This document shows, one piece after another, positions 42,212-52,347 of a stretch of DNA of 64,000 nucleotides; the stretch's first letter is position 1, and each line of letters begins with the position of its first letter. Where the stretch lies: the NCBI RefSeq assembly GCF_028368995.1, contig NZ_JAQNDL010000002.1:481724-545723 (forward strand), given 5' to 3'. The notes under the pieces are model-generated. The model was given only the letters and a program-made list of their open reading frames with translations, was not told where the DNA came from and made no database searches. This DNA comes from Nannocystis bainbridge. GTDB lineage: Bacteria; Myxococcota_A; Polyangia; Nannocystales; Nannocystaceae. Position numbers and translations under genes: made by a program.

Positions 42212-43255
42212 TCAGCCGACCGGCGGCGGGAGGGTGTCGCACGACAGCTGGATGAGGGTGAGGGCCTGGTCGAGGGCCTGGGCCAGGTCGCCCTGGCAGA
42301 TGTCGCCCATCAGGCCGTTGGCGGCCATGGACGTGAAGTCGTGCAGGGTCGGGGCCGGGTCGGCGCTGCCGAACACCGAGTCGCAGGCGGCCGCCTGCGG
42401 GCCGGCGATGGTGACGACGACGTAGCGCTGGTCGCCGCCGACGAACGCGTCGAGCGCGGCCCGGGTCGCGGCCGGCGTGGTGGTGGTGTTGGCGAGGTCG
42501 TCGTCCTCGTCGGTCAAGAGGACGATCACCAGCAGCGAGGCCTCGCCGCGGTAGAAGCCGTCGTTGGCGCCGCCGAGCGCGGCCTTGGCGAGGAACATCT
42601 CGATGGCGTCGAGCGGCCGCTCGCGCCCGAGGTCGGTGCACAGGTTGCAACTCGATCTCGGGTCGGTAGCGAGGCAGCTGAAGGTGGCAGAGACGCCCGG
42701 CGCGGGGCCGTCGATCCACAGCTTGCCGTCCATGTCGCAGTCGTCGTCGAACTGGTTGTCGCCGTCGAACAGGGCGCCGTCGAGGCCCATGGTCGACTTG
42801 CCGTCCTTGTTGGCGACGATCGAGGAGTTGGTGACGCCGAGGCGGTAGCCGAGGGCCGCGGTCTGGCTGTCGCCGACGTAGGCGTCGAGCACGGCGACGA
42901 AGTCGGGGAAGTTGGCGTCGAGGTTGGCCTTCTCCTCGTTCATCGAGGCCGAGATGTCGACGACGAACAGGACGTCGATGGTCTCGCAGCCGACCTCGAG
43001 CGAGCTGCCGAAGTCGGCGGCGACCCCGAGGTCGAGCTTGAGGGCGTCGGTGGGGCCGCCGGGCCGATCGCCGGTGCTGGTGTCGTCGCCGCCGGTCGGC
43101 AACAGATCTTGCAAAGTCGTGCCGACCCCGGCGTGCATGACGGTGGTGATCCCGAGGGGGGCGGTCGCGCTGGCCCCGTCGCCGCCGCCCTCGCCCACGC
43201 AAGCGCACACGAGCGACGACGACGAGAGGGCGACCGAGACGAGGCGAAGCTGCAT
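42212..43255 (-). CDS. vWA-domain lipoprotein (paralogue of 27331..29121)
   Basis: 'LVCACVG' lipobox, MIDAS 'VLFVVDISASM', 'LLVIVLLTDEDDD'. Confidence 0.6.
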   Translation of the reverse strand: MQLRLVSVALSSSSLVCACVGEGGGDGASATAPLGITTVMHAGVGTTLQDLLPTGGDDTSTGDRPGGPTDALKLDLGVAADFGSSLEVGCETIDVLFVVDISASMNEEKANLDANFPDFVAVLDAYVGDSQTAALGYRLGVTNSSIVANKDGKSTMGLDGALFDGDNQFDDDCDMDGKLWIDGPAPGVSATFSCLATDPRSSCNLCTDLGRERPLDAIEMFLAKAALGGANDGFYRGEASLLVIVLLTDEDDDLANTTTTPAATRAALDAFVGGDQRYVVVTIAGPQAAACDSVFGSADPAPTLHDFTSMAANGLMGDICQGDLAQALDQALTLIQLSCDTLPPPVG

Positions 43256-43343
43256 GCGCTGTTCTTGACCGCCGACGCCACGAACGGCACGCGAGCGACG
43301 TGCACGGCGTCTCACCGGCGCGCGCGCGGCCTGGTACTGTCGC

Positions 43344-44339
43344 GTGGTGCCGAAGCGTCCGCGTGTCGTCGTCCTGCTCACCCTCGTGATCGCGTGCACG
43401 CCCAGCAAAGCGCCGGTGACGGCGCCGACGAGCGCGGCGAAGACGACGCCCGCGGCGAAGGACACGCCGGCGGTGGCCGTGACGTTCGACGACCTGATCA
43501 TCGGCGGCCGCGACCTCGAGCTGGTACGCACCGAGGCGATGACGCGCGCGCTGCTGGGGCACTTCCAGGCGGGCGCGGTGCCGGTGGTCGGGTTCGTCAA
43601 CGGGTCCAAGCTGGAGGACGGGCCGGCGAAGACGGAGCGCCTGAAGATCTTGAAGCTGTGGACGGACGCCGGCATCGAGCTCGGCAACCACACGTTCTCG
43701 CACCCGTCGCTGCACGCGACGCCGGTGAACGAGTACGAGGCCGACATCGTGCGCGGCGAGCCGGACATCCGGGCGCTCAACGCGACGCTCGGGCTGGGGC
43801 TGCGGTGGTTCCGGCACCCGTACCTGCACACGGGCACGTCGCTCGAGATCCGCGCGGAGATCGATCGCTTCCTCGCCGAACGCGGCTACACGGTCGCGCC
43901 GGTGACGGTCGACAACGCGGACTGGCTCTACAACTTCGTCTATACCGACGCGAAGACGCGCGGCGACGAGGAGACGATGGCCCGGGTCGGGGCGGCGTAC
44001 GTGGCGTCGATGGAGGCCGCGCTGGAGTTCCACGAGCGCGCGACCGAGGCGCTGTTCGGCCGGCCGATCCGCCACGTGCTGCTGCTGCACGCCAACGAGA
44101 TCAACGCGGCGCACTTCGACGAGGTGGTGGCGATCTATCGACGCCGCGACTATCGCTTCATCACGCTGGAGGAGGCGCTGAAAGACCCGGCGTACCAGGA
44201 GGCCGACCGCTTCGTCGGCAAGGGCGGGGTGTCGTGGCTGTACCGCTGGGACTGGACGCGCGGGCGCAACCAGGTCGACTGGAAGACGCAGCCGGAGCCG
44301 CCGGCGTTCGTGCAGGAGCTGTTCGCGGCCAGCCAGTGA
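43344..44339 (+). CDS. Polysaccharide deacetylase (NodB-homology, CE4) family lipoprotein
   Basis: 'VAVTFDDL' (TFDD motif 1), 'GNHTFSH' (motif 2), 'LLLHAN'. Confidence 0.75.
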   Translation: MVPKRPRVVVLLTLVIACTPSKAPVTAPTSAAKTTPAAKDTPAVAVTFDDLIIGGRDLELVRTEAMTRALLGHFQAGAVPVVGFVNGSKLEDGPAKTERLKILKLWTDAGIELGNHTFSHPSLHATPVNEYEADIVRGEPDIRALNATLGLGLRWFRHPYLHTGTSLEIRAEIDRFLAERGYTVAPVTVDNADWLYNFVYTDAKTRGDEETMARVGAAYVASMEAALEFHERATEALFGRPIRHVLLLHANEINAAHFDEVVAIYRRRDYRFITLEEALKDPAYQEADRFVGKGGVSWLYRWDWTRGRNQVDWKTQPEPPAFVQELFAASQ

Positions 44340-44373
44340 CCGGCGCGCGACAATGAGTGGTGCTGACATTCGA

Positions 44374-44458
44374 CGGAAGAGACAGGAATCGAACCTGCTA
44401 CGGTGTCACCCGCGACGGTTTTCGGGACCGTTTGCCAAACCAAATGGCCGCTCTTCCA
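44374..44458 (-). tRNA. tRNA-Ser (anticodon CGA, tentative), class II with long variable arm
   Basis: Acceptor GGAAGAG/CTCTTCC. Anticodon stem ACGGT/ACCGT with loop CCCGAAA. T-arm GGTTCGATTCC. No encoded CCA. Confidence 0.8.
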
Positions 44459-44462
44459 GGTG

Positions 44463-44550
44463 TGCGGAGCGGGAGGGATTCGAACCCCCGCAGGCTTGCG
44501 CCCTCCAGCTTTCCAGGCTGGTGTCCTAAGCCGCTGGACGACCGCTCCGC
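44463..44550 (-). tRNA. tRNA-Ser (anticodon GGA), class II
   Basis: Acceptor GCGGAGC/GCTCCGC. Anticodon stem CCAGC/GCTGG with loop CTGGAAA. T-loop GGTTCGAATCC. Long variable arm. Confidence 0.85.
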
Positions 44551-44587
44551 AATGGACAATGGGCGCCGCTGGCTCGCGCTGAAATGA

Positions 44588-44674
44588 CGGAAGGAGCGCG
44601 GATCGAACGCGCGCGGGTTTTCAGGCCCGTCCACGGGTTAGCACCCCGGAGCCTTGCCTCTCGGCCATCCTTCC
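44588..44674 (-). tRNA. tRNA-Ser (anticodon GCU, tentative), class II
   Basis: Acceptor GGAAGGA/TCCTTCC. Loop GTGCTAA. T-arm GCGCGTTCGATCCGCGC. Long variable arm. Confidence 0.8.
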
Positions 44675-45527
44675 ATATCGCGCGAGCCGGTGCGGCGATT
44701 CGAGCGCAGCCCGTGCGATTCGCAAATCACACAGGTGCGGACTTCCACGAGTGTTTGGCGTGACCCTGTCGCCCGCTCATGCGCAATCGCATGAGGACCG
44801 ACCTGGCCCGCGAAACCCCGCGTAGAGCCCTTGCGCCGCCTCCGGAGCCGCTGGTGCGTGAACGCCCGTAGGCGCCCACGCTAGCGTGAACTCGAACTGG
44901 AGCGCCCGAATCCGCTGACGGATCGAGGACTCCGGGTCCGGTCGGTGCGACGAGGCAACATACGGACGATGTATCATGGGGTCGCCGGGGCGTCAAGCGA
45001 CCTTCGCATAATTCGACGATGAATGATGCGAGCGACAATGCGAGGGGAGGCGGCACGCACTGCGATGATTGACGGCCCGCCGCGGGCGCGCGGACAGGGG
45101 CCGCACGGGCGCGCACGATCGAGCGCATGGCGGCGAGGGCCGGGCGCGTCGTCGAGTTCGTCCGTGCCTCCACGCGCCACGCGCCGGAGATTCTCGTCGT
45201 CGGGCGTGACGGCAGACGCCTGCGTCCCCGCAGGTCAGCGCCGATCTACCCAGGGCGCGGGCGTTGACGCCGCCGGGGCCGGTGAGGTACGCATGGGGCC
45301 GCATGGCAGTCCACGGCGGCGGATCGCCCGGGCCCAAGGCGGGCGAACGCGCCGGCGGCGTGGCGGGCCGCCGCGACATGGGCCTTGAGGCGACCGTCGA
45401 CTCCGACACCGTCGACGGCCCGAGCGCGGGCATGACCGGCGGCCCCTCGACCGGCCGGGCGCGGATGCCCGCGCACCTCGACTCGACGTCGTCACAGGAC
45501 GCGTCGAGCGTGTTCGACGCGCGGTCG

Positions 45528-48500
45528 ATGCCGATGAACATCGGCCGCCACGAGCTGGTGCGGCCGCTCGGGATGGGCGGCATGGGCCAGGTGTTCGAGG
45601 CGCGCGCGCCCGACGGCACCACGGTGGCGCTGAAGATCATTCGCGGCACCAGCCCCGAGCGGCTCTACCGGTTCAAGCGGGAGTTTCGCTCGCTGTCGGC
45701 GGTGGTCCACCCGAACATCGTCGCGCTCTACGACCTCGTCCACGTCGACGACGGCGGCGGCCAGGGCCTGGCGTTCTTCACGATGGAGCTGCTGCGTGGG
45801 GCCCACTTCGTGTCCGCGGTGCGCGACGAGCTGGCCGAGGGCGCGCTCGACGAGCCGGCGCTGCGACGATTGCAGGACGCGATGGTCGGCCTGGCGTGCG
45901 GGCTGTCGTGCGTGCATCGCCATGGCCTGGTCCACCGCGACATCAAGCCGTCGAACGTGATGATCACGCCGACCGGCCGCGTGGTGGTGCTCGACCTCGG
46001 CCTCGTGCGCGAGAGCCGGGTCGCCTCGTTCGACAGCGTCGGCGAGAACCACGCGCTGCTCGGGACGCCGCTCTACATGGCGCCGGAGCAGGTGATCCGC
46101 TCCGACGACGCCGGCCCGGCCGCCGACTGGTACGCCGCCGGCGAGGTGCTGTGGGAGTGCCTGCACGGCGAGTCGCGCCACGCCGGGCGCACGCTGGTCG
46201 AGGTGTTCGAGCGCAAGCTGATGGAGCCGCCGACGCTGCCGCGGCGCGCCGGCGTGCCGCCGCACCTGGCGCAGCTGTGCCTCGACCTGCTGGCGCGCGA
46301 GCCCGCGGCGCGGCCGAGCGCCGGCGACGTGCTGGTGCGGCTCGGTCGCGGCGATCTGGTTGCGATCGAGCTCACGGTCCAGGGGCTGCTCGGGCGCGAG
46401 CACGAGGCCCGGCTGCTGCGCGATCAACTGGCGCAGACCGGCCGCACCAACGCGGTGTTCGTCAGCGGGCCGTCGGGCTTCGGCAAGACCACGCTGGTCG
46501 AGCACGTGCTCGACGTGGCCCGCCGCGAGGACGCGGTGGTCGCGTTCACCGGCAGCTGCTCGGAGCGCGAGTCGATCCCGTTCAAGGCGCTCGACTCGGC
46601 GATCGACGCGCTCAGCCTCTACCTCTGCAACACCGACGCCGACGCGACCGCGATCGCCCGCCCCGACGATCTGGCGGCGCTGGCCCGCCTGTTCCCGATC
46701 TTGCGCACGGTGCCGGCGATCCGCGATCTCGACGACGCGTGGCTCGAGGGCTGCGATCCGATCGAGATCCGCCGCCGCGCCGCCGATTCGCTGGCCGCAT
46801 TGTTGACGCGGATCGCCACGCGCCGGCCGGTGGTGCTGGCGCTCGACGACCTGCAGTGGGCCGACCTCGACAGCGTGCTGCTGCTCGAGTCGATCCTGCT
46901 GCGCAAGCACCCGCCGCCGATCACGCTGCTCGGCAGCCACCGCGAGGGCACCGAGACCACGCGCGCGCCGCTGTCACACCTGTGGAAGGCGCTCGAGGCG
47001 GCCGAGTTCATCGGCCTGCGCCGGGTATTGGTCGGGCCGCTGTCGGACGAGCAGTCGCTGGCTCTGGCCGCACGCCTGCTCGGCGGGCCGGTCGACGATC
47101 CGGTGGCCGCGCGGATCGCCCGCGAGGCCGGTGGCAGCCCGTTCTTCATCGGCGAGCTGGTCCGCCACGCGCTCGCCCACGGCGGCCTCGACGAGGCCGG
47201 CCTCAGCCTCGACAGCCTGCTGCGCGCGCACCTGCAGCGGCTGCCGCCGTCGGCCAAGCGGCTGGTCGAGGTGCTCGCGGTCGCCGGCGGTCGGCTGCCG
47301 CGCACGCTCGCGGTCGACATCGTCGCCGCCGCGGCCGGCCCGGTCGATCGCGGCACGCTGGCCCGCCTGCGCGCCGAGCATTTGATCCGCATCGCCGACG
47401 CGTCGCAGGACGACGTGCTCGAGACCTACCACGATCGCGTGCGCGAGGCCGCGGCGCAGGAGGCCGCCGAGTCGCAGGGCTCCGAGCTGGCGGCGATCCA
47501 CCTGGCGATCGGCGAGGCGCTGCTGAGCAGCGGCGCGGCCGACACGGCCACCCTGGCGCACCACTTCCGCGCCGCCAACGACACCGAGCGCGCGACGCAA
47601 TTCACCCTCGCGGCCGCGCTGGAGGCCGCCCGCGCGCTGGCCTTCGATCAGGCGGCCGAGCTGTTCCGGGCCGCGCTGTCGATCGGGGGCATCGACGCCG
47701 CCACGGCCACGCACACGCGCGCGCACCTGGCCGAAGCGCTGGCCAACGCCGGGCGCCTGCACGCCGCGGCGCGCGTCTACACCGACGCCGCCCACGCCGA
47801 CGACACCTCCGCCAGCGAGGCCCAGCGGACCGAGTGGTTGCGCCTGGCGACCGCGCATTTCCTCTCGACGGGGCACCACGACGAGGGCCGCGCGGTGCTC
47901 GAGGAATTGCTGCCGCGCGTCGGCCTGTCGCTGCCGCGCGGGACCGCCTCGACGATCGTCGCGCTGCTCGGCCAGCGGGCGCTGCTCGCCACCCGCAAGC
48001 TGGTGCTGCCGCCGCCCGGCGGTCCGCGCCTGTCGGAGCGCGACGCCCAGCGCCTCGACGTCTGCTGGACGGCCACGCGCGGCCTGCTCTACAGCGACGG
48101 CATCAGCTCGACGCTGTTCCACGCCCGCCACTTGCGGCTGGCGCTGGCGAGCGGCGATCCGCTGCGGGCCGCGCGGGCGATCGGCTACGAGGCCTACCTG
48201 CGGGCCTTGATGGAGGGCGGGGCCGCCGACGCGGCCGCGACCGCGATCTTCGACAGCCTCGAGGCCTCGGCGCCGATCCAGGCCAGCCCGTACGTGCTGG
48301 GAATGCTGGCACAGTACCGGGCGGGCGCGCATCAGATGCTGTGTCGATTCGAGCCGGCGATGGCCTCGTACGAGCGCGGCATCGCCATCCTGCGCGAGCA
48401 GTGCACCGGCGTGATGGACGAGATCGCGCAGATGGACGCGCATCGCATGATGGTCCTGCTGTACCTCGGCCGGATCGGCGAGCTCGGCGACGTCGCGTTC

Positions 48501-49199
48501 CGGCTGCTGCGCGAGTGCGCCGAGCGGCCCAACCCGTACGTCGAGGGCTTCGCTCGCGGCGTGCTCGGCAACCACGTCCACCTCGCGCAAGATCAGGCCG
48601 ACGCCGCTCACGAGCAGCTCGAGCTGTACCGTCGCAACGCACCCAAGAAATTCGAGGCGCATTTCTTCAACTGCGCGTCGAAGCAGACCGAGCTGCTGCG
48701 CTACCGCGGCCTGGCCGAGGAGGCGTGGCGGCAGAACCAGGCCGACTCGGCGATCGTCGAGAAGTTCCCGTTCTTCCGCGTGCCGTACGTGAAGGCCGAG
48801 TTCTACCGCTCGCGCGCCGCCAATGCGCTGGCCCTGGCCGCGCGCTCGCGGGACCCGGAGCCGCTGCTGAAGATCGCCCGCGCGGCCGCCAAGCAGTGCT
48901 TCCGCGTGCCGCTGCCGATGGCGGACGCCTACGGCCACCTCACGCTCGCCAGCGTCGCCGCGCTCGAGGGCAAGCTCGAGCTCGCGGCCACCGAGCTGCG
49001 CCGCACCGTCGCCGTGTTCGAGCGCCTGAACATGGCCAGCGACCTCGCGGCGTGCCGGCGCCGGCTGGCGGCGCTGCTCGGCGGCGACGAGGGTCGCGCC
49101 CAGCAGCAGGCCGCCGACGCCTGGATGGCCGAGCAGCAGATCCTGCGCCCCGATCGCTTCACCGACATGATCGCGCCGGGCTTCGACCGGCACACCTAG
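45528..49199 (+). CDS. Ser/Thr protein kinase - AAA/STAND NTPase - TPR multidomain signalling protein (an upstream in-frame start at 45378 is possible)
   Basis: Kinase 'GMGGMGQVFEA', 'VALKII', 'HRDIKPSNVMI', 'DLGL', 'APEQ'. Walker A 'GPSGFGKTTLV'. Long TPR-like C-terminus. GC3 stays high upstream to about 45378. Confidence 0.75.
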   Translation: MPMNIGRHELVRPLGMGGMGQVFEARAPDGTTVALKIIRGTSPERLYRFKREFRSLSAVVHPNIVALYDLVHVDDGGGQGLAFFTMELLRGAHFVSAVRDELAEGALDEPALRRLQDAMVGLACGLSCVHRHGLVHRDIKPSNVMITPTGRVVVLDLGLVRESRVASFDSVGENHALLGTPLYMAPEQVIRSDDAGPAADWYAAGEVLWECLHGESRHAGRTLVEVFERKLMEPPTLPRRAGVPPHLAQLCLDLLAREPAARPSAGDVLVRLGRGDLVAIELTVQGLLGREHEARLLRDQLAQTGRTNAVFVSGPSGFGKTTLVEHVLDVARREDAVVAFTGSCSERESIPFKALDSAIDALSLYLCNTDADATAIARPDDLAALARLFPILRTVPAIRDLDDAWLEGCDPIEIRRRAADSLAALLTRIATRRPVVLALDDLQWADLDSVLLLESILLRKHPPPITLLGSHREGTETTRAPLSHLWKALEAAEFIGLRRVLVGPLSDEQSLALAARLLGGPVDDPVAARIAREAGGSPFFIGELVRHALAHGGLDEAGLSLDSLLRAHLQRLPPSAKRLVEVLAVAGGRLPRTLAVDIVAAAAGPVDRGTLARLRAEHLIRIADASQDDVLETYHDRVREAAAQEAAESQGSELAAIHLAIGEALLSSGAADTATLAHHFRAANDTERATQFTLAAALEAARALAFDQAAELFRAALSIGGIDAATATHTRAHLAEALANAGRLHAAARVYTDAAHADDTSASEAQRTEWLRLATAHFLSTGHHDEGRAVLEELLPRVGLSLPRGTASTIVALLGQRALLATRKLVLPPPGGPRLSERDAQRLDVCWTATRGLLYSDGISSTLFHARHLRLALASGDPLRAARAIGYEAYLRALMEGGAADAAATAIFDSLEASAPIQASPYVLGMLAQYRAGAHQMLCRFEPAMASYERGIAILREQCTGVMDEIAQMDAHRMMVLLYLGRIGELGDVAFRLLRECAERPNPYVEGFARGVLGNHVHLAQDQADAAHEQLELYRRNAPKKFEAHFFNCASKQTELLRYRGLAEEAWRQNQADSAIVEKFPFFRVPYVKAEFYRSRAANALALAARSRDPEPLLKIARAAAKQCFRVPLPMADAYGHLTLASVAALEGKLELAATELRRTVAVFERLNMASDLAACRRRLAALLGGDEGRAQQQAADAWMAEQQILRPDRFTDMIAPGFDRHT

Positions 49200-49225
49200 A
49201 CCCCACCACAATCAGGAGCTGTGCG

Positions 49226-52200
49226 ATGCAGGACCTCTCGCGTGCGCGTGAACTAGCCATTGCGCTTTCTCGAAACTCGGGCGGCACCGACGCCCACGCG
49301 CGGGCCGCCGCCCTCAGCGGCGAGCTGGCCTCGCTCTTCAATCACCCGACGGGCGCCCCGGGCACGCTGAGCGGCTATCAGGCCGAGGGCACCCTCGACG
49401 CGCGCGTCGCGGTGCTCGTATTGCCGGCGGCGACGGTGCGGCGATTGTTGCCCGCGGGGCTCGAGCTGGCGCCGCAGCCGGTCGTGCCGGCCGAGTATCA
49501 CCCGGTCTATCTGTTCTTCTCGCACGAGAACTTCCCCGCGTGGTTCGGCACCATGGATTACCATGAGCTGCTGATCGGCGTGCCGTGGGTGCAGATCGCG
49601 GATCCGAAGGCCACCTATCCCGGCCCGTTCGTCTACATGCCGCGGCTCTATCTCAATGAGCTGGCCCCGTGCGAGCTCGGCGTGCACATGTATGGGTGGG
49701 AGAAGCAGATGGGCACGCTCGACGTCGTCGGCGACGGCGCCCCGACGGTGCGGTTCACCGTCACGCCGAAGGACGGCAGCTCGCCGGCGGCGATCGGCGA
49801 GTTCACCGAGATCCCGGGCGTGGGCCCGAAGTCGTCGGCCGACTTCAAGAACTTCCTCATCGTCCGCCAATTGTTCGAGCAGCCGACCATCTCGCAGGCG
49901 CTGCACATCGTCGATCGCAACTCCTTCGACTCGAAGATCGCCGGCCCGTTTTTGGCCGCCAACAACACCCTCGAGGCCGACAAGGCGGGCGCGACGATCC
50001 AGCCGCTGGCGGCGACGATCACGATCGGCGCCTCGTTGACGCCGCCGGGCATCCCGCCGGGCACCTACCACGTGCCGAGCCTGCTCGACGCGGAGCTGGG
50101 CGCGTTCAGGATCCGCTGCCCGCAGGCCATCTCGCTGCCCGGCTCGTGCGCCGACGCCAGCTATCCGCGGCCGCCGGCCGCCCGCAAGCTCAGGGTCGCG
50201 GTGTTCGGCGGCGGGCCCTCGGCCTGCGTCGCCGCGCTGTACCTCGCGCGCCAGACCGATCGCTACCAGGTCACGCTCTACACCACCGGCTATCGCCTCG
50301 GCGGCAAGTGCCAGTCGTGGCGCAACCCGGACAAGGCCTGGCGGGTCGAGGAGCACGGCCTGCACGCGTTCCTCGGCTTCTATCACAACGCCTTCACGGC
50401 GGTGCAGGACGCCTATCACGACGGCTTCGCCAGCCCCGAGGTCGGCGAGGCGCTGTACCAGAACGCCTTCTACGCCGAGCACCACAACGGCCTGATGGTG
50501 CATCACCGCGGTGAATGGTCGTACTGTCCGCTGCCGAGCCCCTCGGCGGTGGCGCCGACGCCTTCGCCGACGGCCTCGTCGACCGGCGGGCACGCGCTGC
50601 TGATGGCCGTCGAGGCGCTGGCGCGGCGGGCCCTCGAACATTTCTCGGCGATGGCCGACGCGCACGCCGGCCTCGCCGACGGCATGGACGCGCACGCCTC
50701 GGTGCTGCAGCGGCTGCGCAGCGCGATCGTCGGGCTGGTCGTGCGCGCCGCGGAGGACATCTACGAGGCCGACCTCGGCGGCATCGACGACTTCATCGCC
50801 GCCGAGGTCGAGAAGGTGCGCGACAACCTCGCCAATCGGGTCCGCGCCACGCCTTCGCTGCCGACGTACCTGTGGTTCTTGTGGACCGGCGCCGACACGA
50901 TGCTGACGATCGCCGTCGGCCTGCTCAAGAACCCGGTGAAGAACCTGTCGGAGCTCGACGGCTCGGACTTCCGCGACTGGCTCAAGGCCAACGGCCTGCA
51001 CGAGGCCGCCGGCGAGTCGTGGGCCGTCATCGATCAGGTCTACGAGACCCTGTTCTCGCACCAGGACGCCGACCCGGCCAAGGACGCCTGCAAGCTGCTC
51101 GACACCGCCGTGCGCCCGGCCAACCTGGCCGCCGGCGTGGCCACGCGGTGGTTCTTGCTCGAGAGCCTCGGCTACCGCGGCGCGCCGGCCTACCGCTTCG
51201 AGTACAGCTGCGCGCAGACGATGATGACCCCGTACTACCTGGCGCTGCAGCGCCTGGGCGCCGAGGTCCGGTTCTTCCACACCGTCACCGGCCTCGAGCT
51301 CGCAGGCAGCGGCGAGCAGCGCGAGCTGGTGCGCGTGCACCTGCAGCGACAGGCCGAGGTCAAGGGAGGGCCCGCGGCGTATCAGCCGCTCGTCATCCCC
51401 GACCTCGCCAACAACCCGCCCGAGCTCCACGACTGGCCGCTCGATCCGGACTGGTCGCAGCTCGTCGACGGCGACTGGTACCGCGAGCACAACATCGACT
51501 TCTATGATTCGTGGCAGGCCGGTCGCAACACCCGGGCCACGCCGGTCCAGCTCGAGCGCGGCGAGGGGTTCGACCTGTGCGTGCTCGGGGTCCCGCTCGG
51601 CGCGTTGCCGCTGATCGACTCGCCGCTGACCCGGCCCACGCGGTCCGACGCCGATCCGGCGTGGAAGCGGATGATCGACGGCATCGCCGTGACGCAGACG
51701 ATGTCGTTCCAGCTGTGGCTCAAGCCCAACGCGGGGGCGCTGATCGCCGGGGCGCCGCGCGGCCTCCTTACCTGCTTCGCCCAGCCCGAGCCGAGCTACG
51801 GCGATTTTACGCCGCTCATCGCCCACGAGGAGTGGCAGGCCCCGGGGCCGCACCTGCTCTCGTACTTCACCGGGGCCTCGGTGGCCGGCAAGCCGCCGCT
51901 GCCGCCCGAGTGCGGGCCCGAATATCCGCGGCGGATCCAGGCGCAATGGGTCGCCAAGGTCACGCAGTGGCTCGGCGATCATTACGCCGAGTTCTATGAC
52001 GGCAGCAGCACGCCGGACAGCTTCGGCGGGTTCCTCGACGATCTCGTGGTCGAGGGTGAGCCGCTCATCGGCGCCGCGCGGCTCGAGTGGCAGCATTTGA
52101 TCGCCGACGTCGAGCCTTCGAACCTGTACGTCCTGAGCCAGCCGGGCTCGATCGGGCTGCGCCTCGGCCAGGCCGAGTCGGGCGTCAAGGGCCTGCTGCT

Positions 52201-52324
52201 GTGCGGCGACTGGACGCGCACCGATCTCAACTGCGGCTGCGTCGAGGCAGCGACCGCCTCGGGCATGCTGGCCGCGCGGGCGATCAGCAACGAGCCGCGC
52301 ACCGTATGGCGGCCAGGCTTCTGA
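49226..52324 (+). CDS. Fusion protein: N-terminal acetoacetate-decarboxylase-like (ADC-fold) domain plus phytoene-desaturase/amine-oxidase-like FAD oxidoreductase with a large internal insertion
   Basis: AGGAG RBS 7 nt upstream. ADC-like 'LLPAGLELAPQPVVPAEYHPVYLFFSHENF...YHELLIGVPWV'. FAD dinucleotide-binding motif 'VAVFGGGPSACVAALYLA...YRLGGK', 'EHGLHAFLGFYHN'. C-terminal 'LLLCGDWTRTDLNCGCVEAATASGMLAA' (amine-oxidase/CrtI/HpnE signature). Confidence 0.6.
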   Translation: MQDLSRARELAIALSRNSGGTDAHARAAALSGELASLFNHPTGAPGTLSGYQAEGTLDARVAVLVLPAATVRRLLPAGLELAPQPVVPAEYHPVYLFFSHENFPAWFGTMDYHELLIGVPWVQIADPKATYPGPFVYMPRLYLNELAPCELGVHMYGWEKQMGTLDVVGDGAPTVRFTVTPKDGSSPAAIGEFTEIPGVGPKSSADFKNFLIVRQLFEQPTISQALHIVDRNSFDSKIAGPFLAANNTLEADKAGATIQPLAATITIGASLTPPGIPPGTYHVPSLLDAELGAFRIRCPQAISLPGSCADASYPRPPAARKLRVAVFGGGPSACVAALYLARQTDRYQVTLYTTGYRLGGKCQSWRNPDKAWRVEEHGLHAFLGFYHNAFTAVQDAYHDGFASPEVGEALYQNAFYAEHHNGLMVHHRGEWSYCPLPSPSAVAPTPSPTASSTGGHALLMAVEALARRALEHFSAMADAHAGLADGMDAHASVLQRLRSAIVGLVVRAAEDIYEADLGGIDDFIAAEVEKVRDNLANRVRATPSLPTYLWFLWTGADTMLTIAVGLLKNPVKNLSELDGSDFRDWLKANGLHEAAGESWAVIDQVYETLFSHQDADPAKDACKLLDTAVRPANLAAGVATRWFLLESLGYRGAPAYRFEYSCAQTMMTPYYLALQRLGAEVRFFHTVTGLELAGSGEQRELVRVHLQRQAEVKGGPAAYQPLVIPDLANNPPELHDWPLDPDWSQLVDGDWYREHNIDFYDSWQAGRNTRATPVQLERGEGFDLCVLGVPLGALPLIDSPLTRPTRSDADPAWKRMIDGIAVTQTMSFQLWLKPNAGALIAGAPRGLLTCFAQPEPSYGDFTPLIAHEEWQAPGPHLLSYFTGASVAGKPPLPPECGPEYPRRIQAQWVAKVTQWLGDHYAEFYDGSSTPDSFGGFLDDLVVEGEPLIGAARLEWQHLIADVEPSNLYVLSQPGSIGLRLGQAESGVKGLLLCGDWTRTDLNCGCVEAATASGMLAARAISNEPRTVWRPGF

Positions 52325-52347
52325 GCCATCCAAAGGGAGGAAATGCC

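Noticed and set aside
44374-45527. tRNA-Ser cluster as the attachment site of an integrated genomic island
   Set aside because: There is no integrase, no excisionase, no direct repeat of a tRNA 3' end and no phage or conjugation genes in either direction. It is kept only as a low-interest note.
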